Positions 26,090 through 38,897 of a stretch of DNA of 64,000 bases are shown here, one piece after another. The notes under the pieces are model-generated. The model did not search any database, was not told the DNA's origin, and saw nothing but the letters and a program-made list of their open reading frames with translations. A program made the position numbers and the translations under genes. The stretch's first letter is position 1. Each line of letters begins with the position of its first letter. This stretch comes from Octopus vulgaris (taxonomy: Eukaryota), in assembly GCA_951406725.2 (NCBI GenBank), contig OX597825.1, forward strand, positions 70,804,001-70,868,000, read 5' to 3'.

Positions 26090-26190
26090 TTTGCAGACTT
26101 CACAGATTAAATGAACATTCGTGAATTCAGTAAAGAGAAATTAAAAGGTAGGGTCTGTGTGTGTGTGTGTGTGAGAGAGAGAGAATGAGT

Positions 26191-26296
<106 letters not shown>

Positions 26297-26960
26297 ACAC
26301 GTACACATGTGTATGTCTGGAAAACCTATTAATGATCAAAACATTGGTTTCATCCGCAAGCTGAGAGCAAGTTTTTATATATGTGTGTGTAGACGTGTAT
26401 GTATGTATATATATGTGCATATGTGTGTGTTTGTGTGTATGTATATATATAAACACACACACACATGCGCATACATAAATATCATATATATATATATATA
26501 CACATTACATATATATATATGTATGTACATGCTTAAACACACATGCACACACATACTTACAAACATTTTTTTTTCCACATTTCACTGGATTTATAATGGG
26601 GGGAAAAAAAAACACAAAATCAAGAACTAAGTATCAGAAAGAGAGTGAGAAACATTTTCACTCAGATCATAATCAAACATAATGTACACTGCTGGAATTA
26701 TTACAATGCACAGCAGCAGTGTTACAACAAAAACATTAACACCAGTGCTGTTTTAGCTCAGGATCAGCCTGGACCAAGCTTTCCAGCCATGTCGATTCCA
26801 TCATCTTATTTTTCTGGCAGAATTTATTTAGGTCAACATAACCCAATGCAGTTTTCCATTTTTCTTTTTTTTAATATATTTTCACTTCAAGACAGTGAGG
26901 TGTGACTAACCCTTATGTTATCTTGTTTATTTGGAAACATACTACCTTTCTTTCGATTAA

Positions 26961-27181
26961 CCCTTTCGATACCAACCTGACTGAAACCGCCTCTGGCTTT
27001 GTAGTACAAATGTTTGTTTTCATAAGTTTTGAATTAAAATATTCCAGCAACCCTCAGTCACAATTTATGTTCTTGACACTAGCTTAATGATAACTAAGTT
27101 GTTTTACTAAATTCTTTGTTATATTTCAAATTAATTGAAAGAAACACAGAACATCTCAAAATAATTACGGTAACAAAAGGG
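26961..27181 (+). mobile_element. piggyBac-type MITE
   Basis: TTAA|CCCTTTCGATACC ... CGGTAACAAAAGGG|TTAA, i.e. a TTAA TSD and CCCT ends. Confidence 0.85.
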
Positions 27182-27464
27182 TTAATTTTGAAAACAATGT
27201 AGCTAAGTAGAACCGCTGTAACCCATATACGCAGGCTTGTTCTTTGCCGGCGGTGGCAGTGGTGGTGGTGGTGGTGGTGGTGGTGATGCTGATGATGAAC
27301 TTTGTCAATGCTATGCTGGTGTTTGGAACATAAATTAACATTAAATTTTCTTAATATATATCACTTCAAAACAGGAAGATCTTATCATAGAACCAGAGAC
27401 AGTCTAAAATGGTTTGGTAACAAAGGGGCTAAACAGATATTAGGCTGTTATTAATCATATAAAG

Positions 27465-28190
27465 CAGTGGTTGTCAACCATATTTTGCCTGTGATTGCTG
27501 TTTTACAGCCATTCAATGTATATAAAAAAAAAACATTCTGCTGTATTTTTATAATTAAATATTACCAGGAATTGTATAAAAGAAAAATATAAAACATTTT
27601 GTGTATTCATCATCATCATCATCATCATCATCATCGTTCAACGTCTGCTTTCCATGCTGGCATGGGTTGGACGATTTGACTGAGGTCTGGCGAACCAGAT
27701 GGCTGCACCAGGCTCCAATCTGATCTGGCAGAGTTTCTACAGCGGGATGCCCTTCCTAACACCAACCACTCCAAGAGTGTAAGTGGGTGCTTTTATGTGC
27801 CACTGGCACAGGGGCCAGTCAGGCGGTACAGGCAACGGCCACGCTCAAATGGTGCTTTTTATGTGTCACCTGCACAGGAGCCAGGATATTCTATATATCC
27901 CTTCATCGGAGACGGTGCGAGAAAATAGTTAAGCAATAGTTATTCTCTATTTCATATCTTCTCTAGAATAACTATTGCTCAACTACCTCCCCCACCGCAC
28001 CATCTCCGATGAATCGATATACAAAGTATCCCGGAAACAGCTGCAAGACCCCTTTATAAATGCTCCAAAACCCTTCACAGCCCTGGACTTTTATTGTAGA
28101 AGTATAAACAATTTATCACACATCAGTTTTACCAACAAAATCTTATATGGGCCCCCAAGGGCCATATGGAACCTCGGTTGAGAATTACTG
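27465..28190. mobile_element. hAT MITE of the same family, with a nested SINE and hairpin element
   Basis: CAGTGGTTGTCAACCA ... TCTTATATGGGCCCCCAAGGGCCATATGGAACCTCGGTTGAGAATTACTG. The subterminal sequence is shared with 42318-42365. Confidence 0.7.
27881..28090 (+). mobile_element. Inverted-repeat mini-element with a decayed hammerhead-like motif
   Basis: Arms TTCATCGGAGACGGTGCG..TAGTTAAGCAATAGTTATTCT and AGAATAACTATTGCTCAACTA..CGCACCATCTCCGATGAA. 28003-28048 reads TCT CCGATGA ..GATA..TATC.. GAAAC AGCT GCA AGA. Confidence 0.55.
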
Positions 28191-28329
28191 GTATAGATGT
28201 TCATTCATTGCCTTGTTGGTATCATTAACAGCATTGCTATAATGGGGGAGGTTTGTTGATTAGCTCATATATATGGAATGGAGTTAGGGTATAGTGAGAG
28301 GGGTTCTGACCAACACAGAAGGAACAGAA

Positions 28330-29020
28330 CATCTGTGTTTTATCACCAAAGGTTCACTTGCCAGGTGCCCTCCCAGTTTCCAGTCAACCAGGCTCTTGTT
28401 TCCAGACTATTGTTTGATGTTATCAGTCCACAGATGTCTTTGACAGCCATTTACTCTCTTCCCCTCCACACTTCCAGTCAAGATACTCTTGGGCAATAAC
28501 ACATGGCACATTGTTTGTCCATAATATGATGGGTTTTGCAGACTTGATTCTCAACAATAGGCGTCTTCAGATTTTCGTCTTTTTTTTTTTTTGTTCTGCA
28601 GTGTTTGTTACTCTGTATTACCAGCTTATTTGGCCCAATCTATGAAAGACCCATATTTCAAAAGCATCAATCTTCTTGTTCATAGCTATGAACATTGACC
28701 AAGTTTCTGCTCATAAAAGACATCTAAGAGTTTTCTAGCCTCAATTTTTAAGTTCAGTATTATTATGTCTTTTCGGGTGAAGGTCTTTTGCTTTTCATTC
28801 TTATAAATGTTGTTTTAGCCTTATTTATTCTTTGAGTAACTTTTTCACAAAGACCTTCTTCATTCAGTTCAAGCTTCTGTCTATCTACATTTGTATTTGC
28901 TTCCTAACCAAAAAACCACCAGCACAGACTCACATTCCAAAGGCATGAATCTTTTTTCCCATTCCTTTGTACATTGTCTAACCACTTTGTCCGGCATGTT
29001 AAGGATTCTGCCAGCTTACC
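28330..29020 (-). mobile_element. Decayed RTE-type LINE, C-terminal part of RT
   Basis: Fragmentary motifs on the minus strand: RINKAKTTF, AETWSM, KKIDAFEIW, VTN, HIM. Confidence 0.6.
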
Positions 29021-29641
29021 ATTTTAGTGATACAAAGAAATATTAACTAAACTATGTATTAAGAAAAATAAAGTGAAAATAAATTTCTGAAAAACTTTAT
29101 GTTTGTTTTTCATTATTTTGATCGTTTTGTTTTCCTCTTCAAATACCTGGAATATTTTTGAAGTGGATTTCCCAGTAGGAAATAAATCAGTTTCAAAATA
29201 ATTTGTAATTAGTAATTTATATCCTAGAATTAAATTTATCAAATTAGTTCTAAAACAGCTAATTTTATTCCTTGTTCATCCACATTTAAATTTAGAAGCT
29301 GTTGATGTTTGGCCCTCGGTCAGCCACTACAGAGTAGATTTGCTATTACATGTTTTTATTGGTTACGATGATGAGGGTTCCAACTGATCTGATCAATGGA
29401 ACAGCCTGCTCACAAGATTGAACATGCAAGTGGCTGAGCACACCACAGACAAGTGTGCACTTAACATACTTCTCAGCTTCTCAGGGTGATTCAGCATGAG
29501 ACAGAGTGTGACAAGGCCGGCTCTTTAAAATACAGATACTACTCATTTTTGCCAGCTGAGTGGACTGGAGCAATGTGAAATAAAGTGTCTTGCTCAAGGA
29601 CACAACATGTCATCAGGAATTGAACTCACAACCTTACCATC

Positions 29642-29686
<45 letters not shown>

Positions 29687-29689
29687 AAC

Positions 29690-30057
29690 AAACACAAGGT
29701 GGGCTACTTTCAGTTTCTGTCTACCAAATCCACTCACAAGGCTTTGGTCAGCCCAAGGCTATAGTAGAAGATGTTTACCCAAGATGCCATACAGTGGAAC
29801 TGAACCTGGAACCATGTGATTGGGAAGCAAGCTTCTTACCACACAGCCACACCTGCACCTATATTTGCTGTTTGTTCAACATAGGCGTAGGAGTGGCTGT
29901 GTGGTAAGTAACTTGCTTACCACCACATGATTCCGGGTTCAGTCCCACTGCATGGCTCCTTGGGCAAGTGTCTTCTACTATAGCCTCGGGCCAACCAAAA
30001 CCTTGTGAGCAGATTTGGTACACAGAAACTGAAAGAAGCCCACTGTATATATGTATG

Positions 30058-30098
<41 letters not shown>

Positions 30099-30325
30099 TT
30101 GTGTGTCTGTGTTTGCCCCCCCCCCCCCCGCCCAACATTGCTTGACAACCAGTGCTGGTGTGTTTACGTCCCCGTAACTTAGCAGTTCAGCAAATGAGAC
30201 TGATAGAATAAGTACTAGGCTTACAAAGAATAAGTCCTGGGGTCAATTTGCTCAACTAAAGGTGGGGCTCCATCATGGCCACAATCACATGACTGAAACA
30301 AGTAAAAGAGTAAAGAGTAGAAGAG
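29690..30325. mobile_element. Head-to-head pair of family A SINEs (29690-29860 minus, 29883-30325 plus)
   Basis: CTTACCACACAGCCACACCTGCACCTAT is followed about 20 bp later by ATAGGCGTAGGAGTGGCTGTGTGGTAAG. Confidence 0.85.
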
Positions 30326-31622
30326 TATTAATTTTCCCAAGAAAAAAAAAACATACCTCTTGCACTTAAACTGGGGGTGGGGAAGAGAAAGTAACTTCCT
30401 TTCTGAATATTGATAATTTAGGCATCATAGAGAGATAAAGGACATCAATTAAATGTGAGTCAATTATCTGGTGAGGGATTCCCCCATGATATAGTACCCA
30501 GCGAGGTGATAGGAGATCCTTGTTTAAGAATGCGGAAATTGATAGGAGATACACAGTAAACAAGATATATGATATTAAAGGTCAGAGATAACTAAAGGGA
30601 AGTGTAATGTGTGGTGAGTGTAATTAGAAGTAAATGTTCGAATGGATTTGAAGTTATTAGAATTGAGAGGAAAAATTTTTTTTTAAATAAATAAATATGA
30701 GAGGTGAAGAACAACTGAGATGGATGGATGGAAGGATGGATGGATGAATTGAACACAAAACAGGTAGAATATATGTATGTATGAGTGTATATATATATGT
30801 ATGTATTTAGTCCACTCTACTGAGTGGGTGGTGTTAAGAAGGGCCATCCAGCTGTAAAAATCCTGCCAAAACAGTCACAGAAGTCTGGTGCAGGCTTCTG
30901 CCCGGTCGGGCTCTTGTGAAAACGTTCCACCCATGCTAGCATGAAAGGCAGATGTTAAACAATGATGAAGATGATGCTGGTGTATGTGTGTGTATATATA
31001 TATATATATATCATCATCATCATCATCATCATCGTTTAGCGTCCGTTTTCCATGCTTGCATGGGTTGGACGGTTCAACTGGGGTCTGTGAAGCCAGAAGG
31101 CTTCATCAGGCCTAGTCAGATCTGGCAGTGTTTCTACGGCTGGATGCCCTTCCTAACGCCAACCACTCCGTGAGTGTAGTGGGTGCTTTTTACGTGCCAC
31201 CTGCACAGGTGCCAGACAGAGCTGGCAAACGGCCACAAACGGATGGTGCTTTTTACATGCCACCGGCATGGGGGCCAGGCGAGGCTGGCATCGGCCACGG
31301 ACGGATGGTGTTTTTTACGTGCCACCGAGACGGACGGACAGACAGAAAAGAGACAGAGGTAAAGCGAAATGGGAAGACAAAGAAAAATATGTTTAATGAT
31401 CAGTTACAATTGATTCCATACTAACTCTGCTTTCAATGCTCATTCATGCAACAGTTCAAAGTGAAAATTTACGCAATATTTTCAGCTTTAAACATCAGAG
31501 TGGAGCTTCCTTGATGGGTTTAGCTGAACAGATAGACTCTGGTGCTTTCCATTCATTTGTTTATTACTATGTGTTTTTTTAGTTATGAATACATATATAC
31601 ATACACATACATACATACATAC

Positions 31623-31693
<71 letters not shown>

Positions 31694-31961
31694 GGTATGT
31701 ATGTATGCAAGAGTAGCTGTGTAGTAAGCAGCTTACTTCCCAACCACATGGTGGGTCAAGTGACTTGACCCCATAACCTAACAGTTTGGCAAAAGTGACC
31801 AATAGAATATGTACTAGGCTTACGAGGAATAGGATCTGGGGTCAGATCTCATTGACGAAAACTCTTTAAGGTGGTGCTCCAGCATGGCCACAGTCAAATG
31901 ACTGAAAGAATTAAAGAATATATAGATACATATATATAAAAATATATATAAATAAATATAT

Positions 31962-31994
<33 letters not shown>

Positions 31995-32041
31995 AAATCA
32001 CCACTTATGTGTATGTGAATGAGTCATGTGCATGTCACATG

Positions 32042-32092
<51 letters not shown>

Positions 32093-32607
32093 TTGGTGTG
32101 AAATAAATAATTTAAATAAATAAACCAACTGATACAGCTTAAGGGAGCAAAATTAAAATGTCAAGCCCCGCTCTTTTGAATAGTGAAAGGAGATCCAAGG
32201 GTTGAGAGGGGTCTTGCAGATAAAGAAAGGGGCCAAATTAGGTCAGACTGTATGGAGCAGCAGATAAAGAAATATATAAAATATATAAAGTGTAGAATGG
32301 AAAAGAGAGAAAAAAAAACAATTACAACAAAGGATTTAACTCAGTTTTGCATCCTGAGAAGAGCCACCAGCACCATCCCCACTACCACTATGTATATCAC
32401 CACCACCACCACCACTAGTACCACTGTCAACACTATCACCACCACACCACTGCTACCACTATCAACACTATCACCCATCCCAACCTCACCACTTTAGATA
32501 AAACACTGAATACAGCTGTTAGTGGTGGAGACTGTGAGAGCATGTGCTTGTGTGTGAGAGAGAGAGAGAGAGAAAGAGAGTGTGTGTGTGTGAGAGTGAG
32601 AGATAGG

Positions 32608-32686
<79 letters not shown>

Positions 32687-32815
32687 TGAGAGAGTTAGTG
32701 TGTGTGAGTGAGACAGATAGTGTGTGTATGTGTTTGTGTGAGAGAGAGAGAGAGATAGTGTGTGAGAGAGAGAAAGAGAGAGATAGTGTGTGTGTGTGAG
32801 AGAGAGAGAGAGATA

Positions 32816-32856
<41 letters not shown>

Positions 32857-33814
32857 TGTGTGAGTGTGTGTGAGAGAGAGAAAACATGTGAGAAACATGG
32901 TTTGTAGAAGGAGAGCAAAAGCATGCACGTGTATGCATCTGTATAAGAGACCATGTGTACATGAGAGAGGGAAAGCAAGTGTATGTGTGTGTGTGTAAGA
33001 GAGAGAGAGAGAGAGAGAGAGAAAGAAAGACAGGGAGCAGGAGTGGGGTGGGGGTCAGAGAACATATATGTACAAGAGAGGAGAGCGTGTGTGCTTATGA
33101 GAGTGCATGCGTATGTGGATGAATATGTGAGCATGTGAATGTCTGAACATAAGTGTGTATATGTATATAATTGTATTTGTGTATGTATGGCTGTATGAGT
33201 ATGTACCTGTATGTATGTGTGTGTGTGTGTGTTTGTGTGTGTGTTTGTGTGTGTACATATCTGTGTGAGCATGTGTATGTGGCAGCATATGCATGTATGT
33301 TTGAGTATGTGTGTGTATATATATATATATATATATTTATATGAATGTGTTTCAGTATGGATGTATGTGTGTGTGTGTGTATGTATGAAAGAGAACGTAT
33401 TGTGCACATGTATGTATATATGCATGTGTATGTGTTCGCTTGTGCGTGTATGGTGCATGTTTGCAGTGGGTGCATAATTATTTCTGCAGTGCATGCTATA
33501 AATTATGCACACTCGTGCCCTACATACGTATACACACTTGTTAAAGTTCTGTGATGTTACTGACGGTGATGGTGAAGGTGATGGCGTTGGTGGTGGTAGC
33601 AGTAGCAGCTGCAGTCCATGTTTTATTTGGCCACAAGAACAATACAGAGCATGGACCAAAGAGAGAGCCTGTAGTATGGTCATTCGAGCAGCTAAAACAA
33701 GCTGCCAAACATTCCTCAATCAAAATCTACAACCTCAAAAATCTTCAGCAAAAACACATATGATAATGTATGCATAATTATATGCATGTATGTATATTTA
33801 CATATGTGTATGTG

Positions 33815-33851
<37 letters not shown>

Positions 33852-33963
33852 TGTGATCACGTGACCGACCAGACCATTAGATGTTGTTACACATCGCTGG
33901 TCACAATGCGTTCGCATTGTTTTAGCCTTCGAATGACGCCACCCCGCTGGCTAAGCGAGCAGG

Positions 33964-34011
<48 letters not shown>

Positions 34012-34013
<2 letters not shown>

Positions 34014-34233
34014 ACGGCCTCGAACACACAAGTGCAAACAAGGGAGACAGAGAAAGGCAGAATGCCACTTATATTTGAACACTATACAAATATACCTTAA
34101 AAAAAACTTTTCTTTTAATTTTTCTAAATTTAATTATTTAATCGTTACAGTTGAAAAGGTCTCAAAATGACCGAAACCGGTACTGAAATGTTCTTTATAA
34201 AATTATTTTAGCATTTTCTATTTTGACTTGTTT

Positions 34234-34238
<5 letters not shown>
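34012..34238 (+). mobile_element. Penelope-like terminal fragment in (TA)n with a decayed hammerhead-like motif
   Basis: 34148-34185 reads CAG TTGAAAA GGTC tcaaaat GACC GAAA CCGG TA CTG. All three stems are present; the CUGAnGA box carries two substitutions. Confidence 0.45.
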
Positions 34239-34281
<43 letters not shown>

Positions 34282-34744
34282 GTATATATTTCTTTATTGC
34301 CCACAAGGGGCTAAACATAGAGGGGACAAACAAGGACAGGCAAAGGGAATAAGTCGATTACATCGACTCCAGTGCGAAACTGGTACTTTATTTATCGACC
34401 CGAAAGGATGAAAAGCAAAGACGTGATCTACAATGGTTGTAAACCATTTGAAACACAAATCAAATACTCCATCTTAAAATGGGCAATTTGCAAACAGGAC
34501 TTGACCTCAATCTCAGATACTTTTCAGGCTGAGAATTTTTGTAACATCTGCAGTGGGTTCTGTTTGTCCAAATCCAAACCTGTTAGTCATATCAGCTCTC
34601 ATGATGACAATAACCAATTGAAGAGATGGTCTTCGTCAGTAAAGAAGTGGCAATCACCATATAATAAGACTTTTCTTCGTGAGAGAGTTCAAGCCGGTCG
34701 CTAACAAAGGGACAAGACTTTTTTGAGTTAAGACAATTCTCTGT

Positions 34745-35143
34745 GTTTACTCTTTTGCTTGTTTCAGTTATTTGACTGCGGCCATGCTAGAGCACCACCT
34801 TTAGTCGAAGTATCAACCCCAGGACTTACTCTTTGTAAGCCTAGTACTTATTCTATCAGTCTCTTTTGCCAAACCGCTAAGTTACGGGGACATAAACACA
34901 CCAGCATCAGTTGTCAAGTGATGTTGTGGGACAAACACAGACACACAAACATATACACACACATACATATATACATATATACAACAGGTTTCTTTCAGTT
35001 TCCATCTACCAAATCCACTCACAAAGCTTTGGTCATCCCGAGACAATAGAAGACACTTGCCTAAGGTGCCATGTAATGAGACTGAACCCAGAACCATGTG
35101 GCTCGTAATCAAACTAATTACCACACAGCCATTCCTACGCCTA
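34745..35143 (-). mobile_element. SINE family A
   Basis: Reverse-complement match. Other partial copies: 520-685, 4215-4380, 15205-15565, 15670-15810, 17785-17960, 31710-31920, 38900-39072, 44415-44560, 51860-51995. Confidence 0.85.
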
Positions 35144-35359
35144 TATGTATGAACATAAAACTGTTGGAATAGCTTTTATTCCAGGTCTGTTTGATCAGAG
35201 TTGACCTGGGGTTAAACAACAACAACAACAGTTTAGTGAGAGTTTTAAATTAAACAACAATGCTAATGGGGGAATCCTAATTAAGACATACACACAAATA
35301 CTCATGTTCTAGTGGGAAGGAGTATAGGAAATTATACCAGCCCAGTTACTAAAAAAAAC

Positions 35360-35396
<37 letters not shown>

Positions 35397-35712
35397 ACAA
35401 CAACAATGTGTAATTAAAATCTACAGCCAAAGGGTTTGTAATTGCAGGGATTAGGTTGCAGAGGTTGTGTGGGAAAAAAAAAAGAGAAATGAGAGCAAGG
35501 AGAGGTTGAGGTAGAGGTGAGAAAGAGAGATGAAGAAAGGTAAAGGGAAAGTAAGAGAGAGAATAGAGAGAGAGGGAGAGAGAGAGAGAGAAAAGAGGGG
35601 AAGGAAAAGAAATTAGAAAATTAGGGTATGAACATGAAATTTAATGCAATAAAGATGGATAGAAAAGGAAGTTTATTCATATATATATGTATAGATATAT
35701 ATATATATGTAT

Positions 35713-35779
<67 letters not shown>

Positions 35780-36464
35780 GTGTGTGTGTGTAATAAAAAT
35801 CCTTTCTATAACATGTACAAGGCCTTTTAAGGCGGCAAGCTGGCAGAATCGTTAGCACGCTGGATGAAATGATGCTGCTAAGCATTTCGTCCGCCTTTAT
35901 GTTCTGAGTTCAAATTCCACCAGAGTCGACTTTACTTTACATCTTTTCGGGGCCAATAAAATAAGTATCAGTCAAGCACTGAGGCTGATGTAATCAACTA
36001 GTTCACATCCCACCGAAATTTCAGGCCTTGTGCCTATAGCAGTAAGGATTATATGTACAAGGCCTGAAATTTTGGGGGAGGGGACTAGTCAATTACCTTG
36101 ACCCCACTACTCAACTGGTACTTATTTTTATGCATCATAAAAGGATGAAAGGCAAAATAGACCTCAACAGAATTTGAACCCAGAATGTAAAAGAGTCCAG
36201 CATGCTAATGATTCAGCCAGCTTGACCCCCAATAACAATAATGATAATAATCCTTTCTACTAAAGGCACAAAGGCCTGAAATTTGGGGGGAGAGAACTAG
36301 TTGATTACATTAACCCTAGTGCTTCACTGTTATTTAATTTATCAACTCTGAAAGGATGAAGGGCAGAGTTGACCAGCAGAATTTGAACTCAGAACACAAA
36401 GAATGACAAAATGCCACTCAGCATTTTGTTCTGCCAAGTCACCACCTTCTTCTTCTTCTTCTTA

Positions 36465-36510
<46 letters not shown>

Positions 36511-36712
36511 TTCTACTCTAGGCATAAGGCCATGAAAATTTGGGAGGAAGGGGGCTAGTTGATTACATCGACCCCAGTGTGTAACTGGTACTTATTTCAT
36601 CAACCCCAAAAGGATAAAAGGCAAAGTCGACTTTGGCAGACTGCTAAGCATTTTGCCCGGCATGCTGACGATTCTGCCAGCTCGTCTCCTTAATAATGAT
36701 GATAATAATAAT

Positions 36713-37205
36713 AGGAAAAGGTAATGAACGAAAAGTGGAAGACAAAATTCCTCTGGGACTTTGATTTCCAGATAGACAAAGTGTTAGAGCACTGAAGGCC
36801 GGATATAGTAACCTTAAGGGGGGCAAACAAGAGTGCCTAATAATCGACGTAGCAGTGCCAGGAGATCAACATACCATCATGAAAGAAAAAGTTGATAAAT
36901 ATGAAGACGTGAGAATTGAGATCACCAAGATATGGCAGCTACGAGAGTCGAACATGAAGGTTATCCCTATTGTCATCGGAGCATTGGGTTCAATACCACA
37001 CAATCTGAAAAAACATCTGGAAACCTTAGAAATACCCTACAATCTAGATGTATGGCAAAAGTTGGCATTACTTGGAACCGCACACATATTGCATAAAGTA
37101 CAGTCTGTCTGAGGTCCTCGTTGTGACTTGACAAACAGTACAAACCCCCGGTAGACACAATATCTTCAATCAGCAACCTCACGATATTGTATACCGTGCG
37201 ACATC

Positions 37206-37206
<1 letters not shown>
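36713..37206 (+). mobile_element. 3' end of an RLE-type non-LTR retrotransposon (Dong/R4-like)
   Basis: DFQIDKVLEH*RPDIV..IIDVAVPGD..KEKVDKYEDVRIEITKIW..KVIPIVIGALG..QKLALLGTAHILHKV*, i.e. the PD-(D/E)xK restriction-like endonuclease. Flanked by TAA/TAT repeats. Confidence 0.88.
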
Positions 37207-37253
<47 letters not shown>

Positions 37254-37535
37254 CATTATTATAACAATCATCATCATCATCATCATCGTCGTTTAACATC
37301 CGCTTTCCATACTAGCATGGGTTGGACGATTTGACTGAGGGCTGGCAAACCAGATGGCTGCACCAGGCTCCAATCTTGATCTGGCAGAGTTTCTGCAGCT
37401 GGATATTTTTTCCTAACACCAACCACTCCGAGAGTGTAGTGGATGCTTTTACGTGCCACTGGCACGGGAGCCAGTCAGGCGGTACTGGCAACGACCTCGC
37501 TCGAATCTTTTTACACGTGTAAAAACAACAACAAC

Positions 37536-37585
<50 letters not shown>

Positions 37586-37809
37586 GGCTTTGTAATTTTG
37601 GTACAAGATCACCAATAATGAGGAGAGAGGACTGATTGACAGTATCAACCTCAGTATCTTACTGGTACTTAATTCTATCAACCGCAGAGAGACGAAAGAC
37701 AAAGTTAACATCAGTGGGATTTGAACTCGACAACAAAGTCCTCCCACCGCCAATACCAGAGAATCCTTACCATCAGCAGTACACCAGATCTCAATGATGT
37801 TTTTCTTCA

Positions 37810-38198
37810 TTTATGATTACAGTTACCGAACGTACGTGCAGGCTAGAAGGCAGGCTGGATGGCTGGTTGGTTGGTATTGATTGCCATAGGATGTCCCACT
37901 CAACTACCACCCCCTCCAGTGCGTCTTGCCAACTACTTCTGTGCTTTCCAGCATAAACCAATCTCAGCTGCTGCAGAAAAAAATCTGCTTCTCTCACTCC
38001 TCCACCACATACCCAGTCACACCCACCCAAACCTTGAAACCACCTCCTCACAGCAAAGCCAGCGAAGCCCCTTCACCCAGGCTCTACTGTCCATAGCTCT
38101 GCACCCCCATGCAATTCCCTTACACCCTGCCGCCAACTCAGTGTACTTTCCCGCCTTCCTCTCCTTTGCTTCTTCCAGCTTCATCACACACCACTTTC

Positions 38199-38200
<2 letters not shown>
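37810..38200 (-). mobile_element. Decayed RLE C-terminus of a HERO/NeSL-like LINE
   Basis: LEEAKERKAGKYTELAAGC..GCRA, then after a frameshift RGFAGFAVRRWFQGLG. Abuts an (AC)n tract. Confidence 0.65.
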
Positions 38201-38233
<33 letters not shown>

Positions 38234-38483
38234 ACGCACATGTGCATGTGTGTGTGAAAGGCATGAGTGTGTGATTATGTGTTTATTTGCATATGTGTGG
38301 GGGGTGGGAAAATATATTTGTTTCATCTAAGACTATGATTTTTGTTTTGTTTTTTTTTCCAACTGAAAAGACTTTATCTAAGATTTCATGATTTTTCCAC
38401 GTTTGTATCATGTACTGAGAGCTGAATCTGGAAGAAGCTCACTTCAGTTTAACAAGAAAAAGTTCTGTATCATCATCATTTAA

Positions 38484-38703
38484 TCTTTTCATTACTGTAT
38501 TTATTTTGAGATGCTCCGTGTTTCTTTCAATTACTTTAAATATAACAAAGAATTTAGTAAAATAACTTAGTTATCATTCAGCTAGTGTTAGGAACATAAA
38601 TTATGACTAAGGTTTGGTGGAAGATTTTAATTCCAAACTTATGAAAACAAGACATTTGTACTCAGATGCAGAGCCAGTTCCAGCTGGATTGGTAATGAAA
38701 GGG
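38484..38703 (-). mobile_element. piggyBac-type MITE, same family
   Basis: Reverse complement of 26961-27181, with TTAA on both sides. Confidence 0.8.
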
Positions 38704-38819
38704 TTAACGTCTGTTTCCCATTGTGGCATGGGGTACACAGTTTGATAGAACCCAGCAAGTTGCAGGTCTGTGTAGAGCATCATTGTCACCTCTGGCACGG
38801 TCTCAACAGCTATCATTTC

Positions 38820-38897
<78 letters not shown>

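Noticed and set aside
26097-26147. Plus-strand 51-nt micro-exon (ttgcag|...AAG|gtaggg)
   Set aside because: Stops in all three frames, and the pyrimidine tract is a (CTT)n microsatellite; likely chance.
32436-33719. 427-aa ORF, the longest in the track
   Set aside because: Made of CA/CT/TA dinucleotide repeats (HTHT, LSLS) that simply lack stops.
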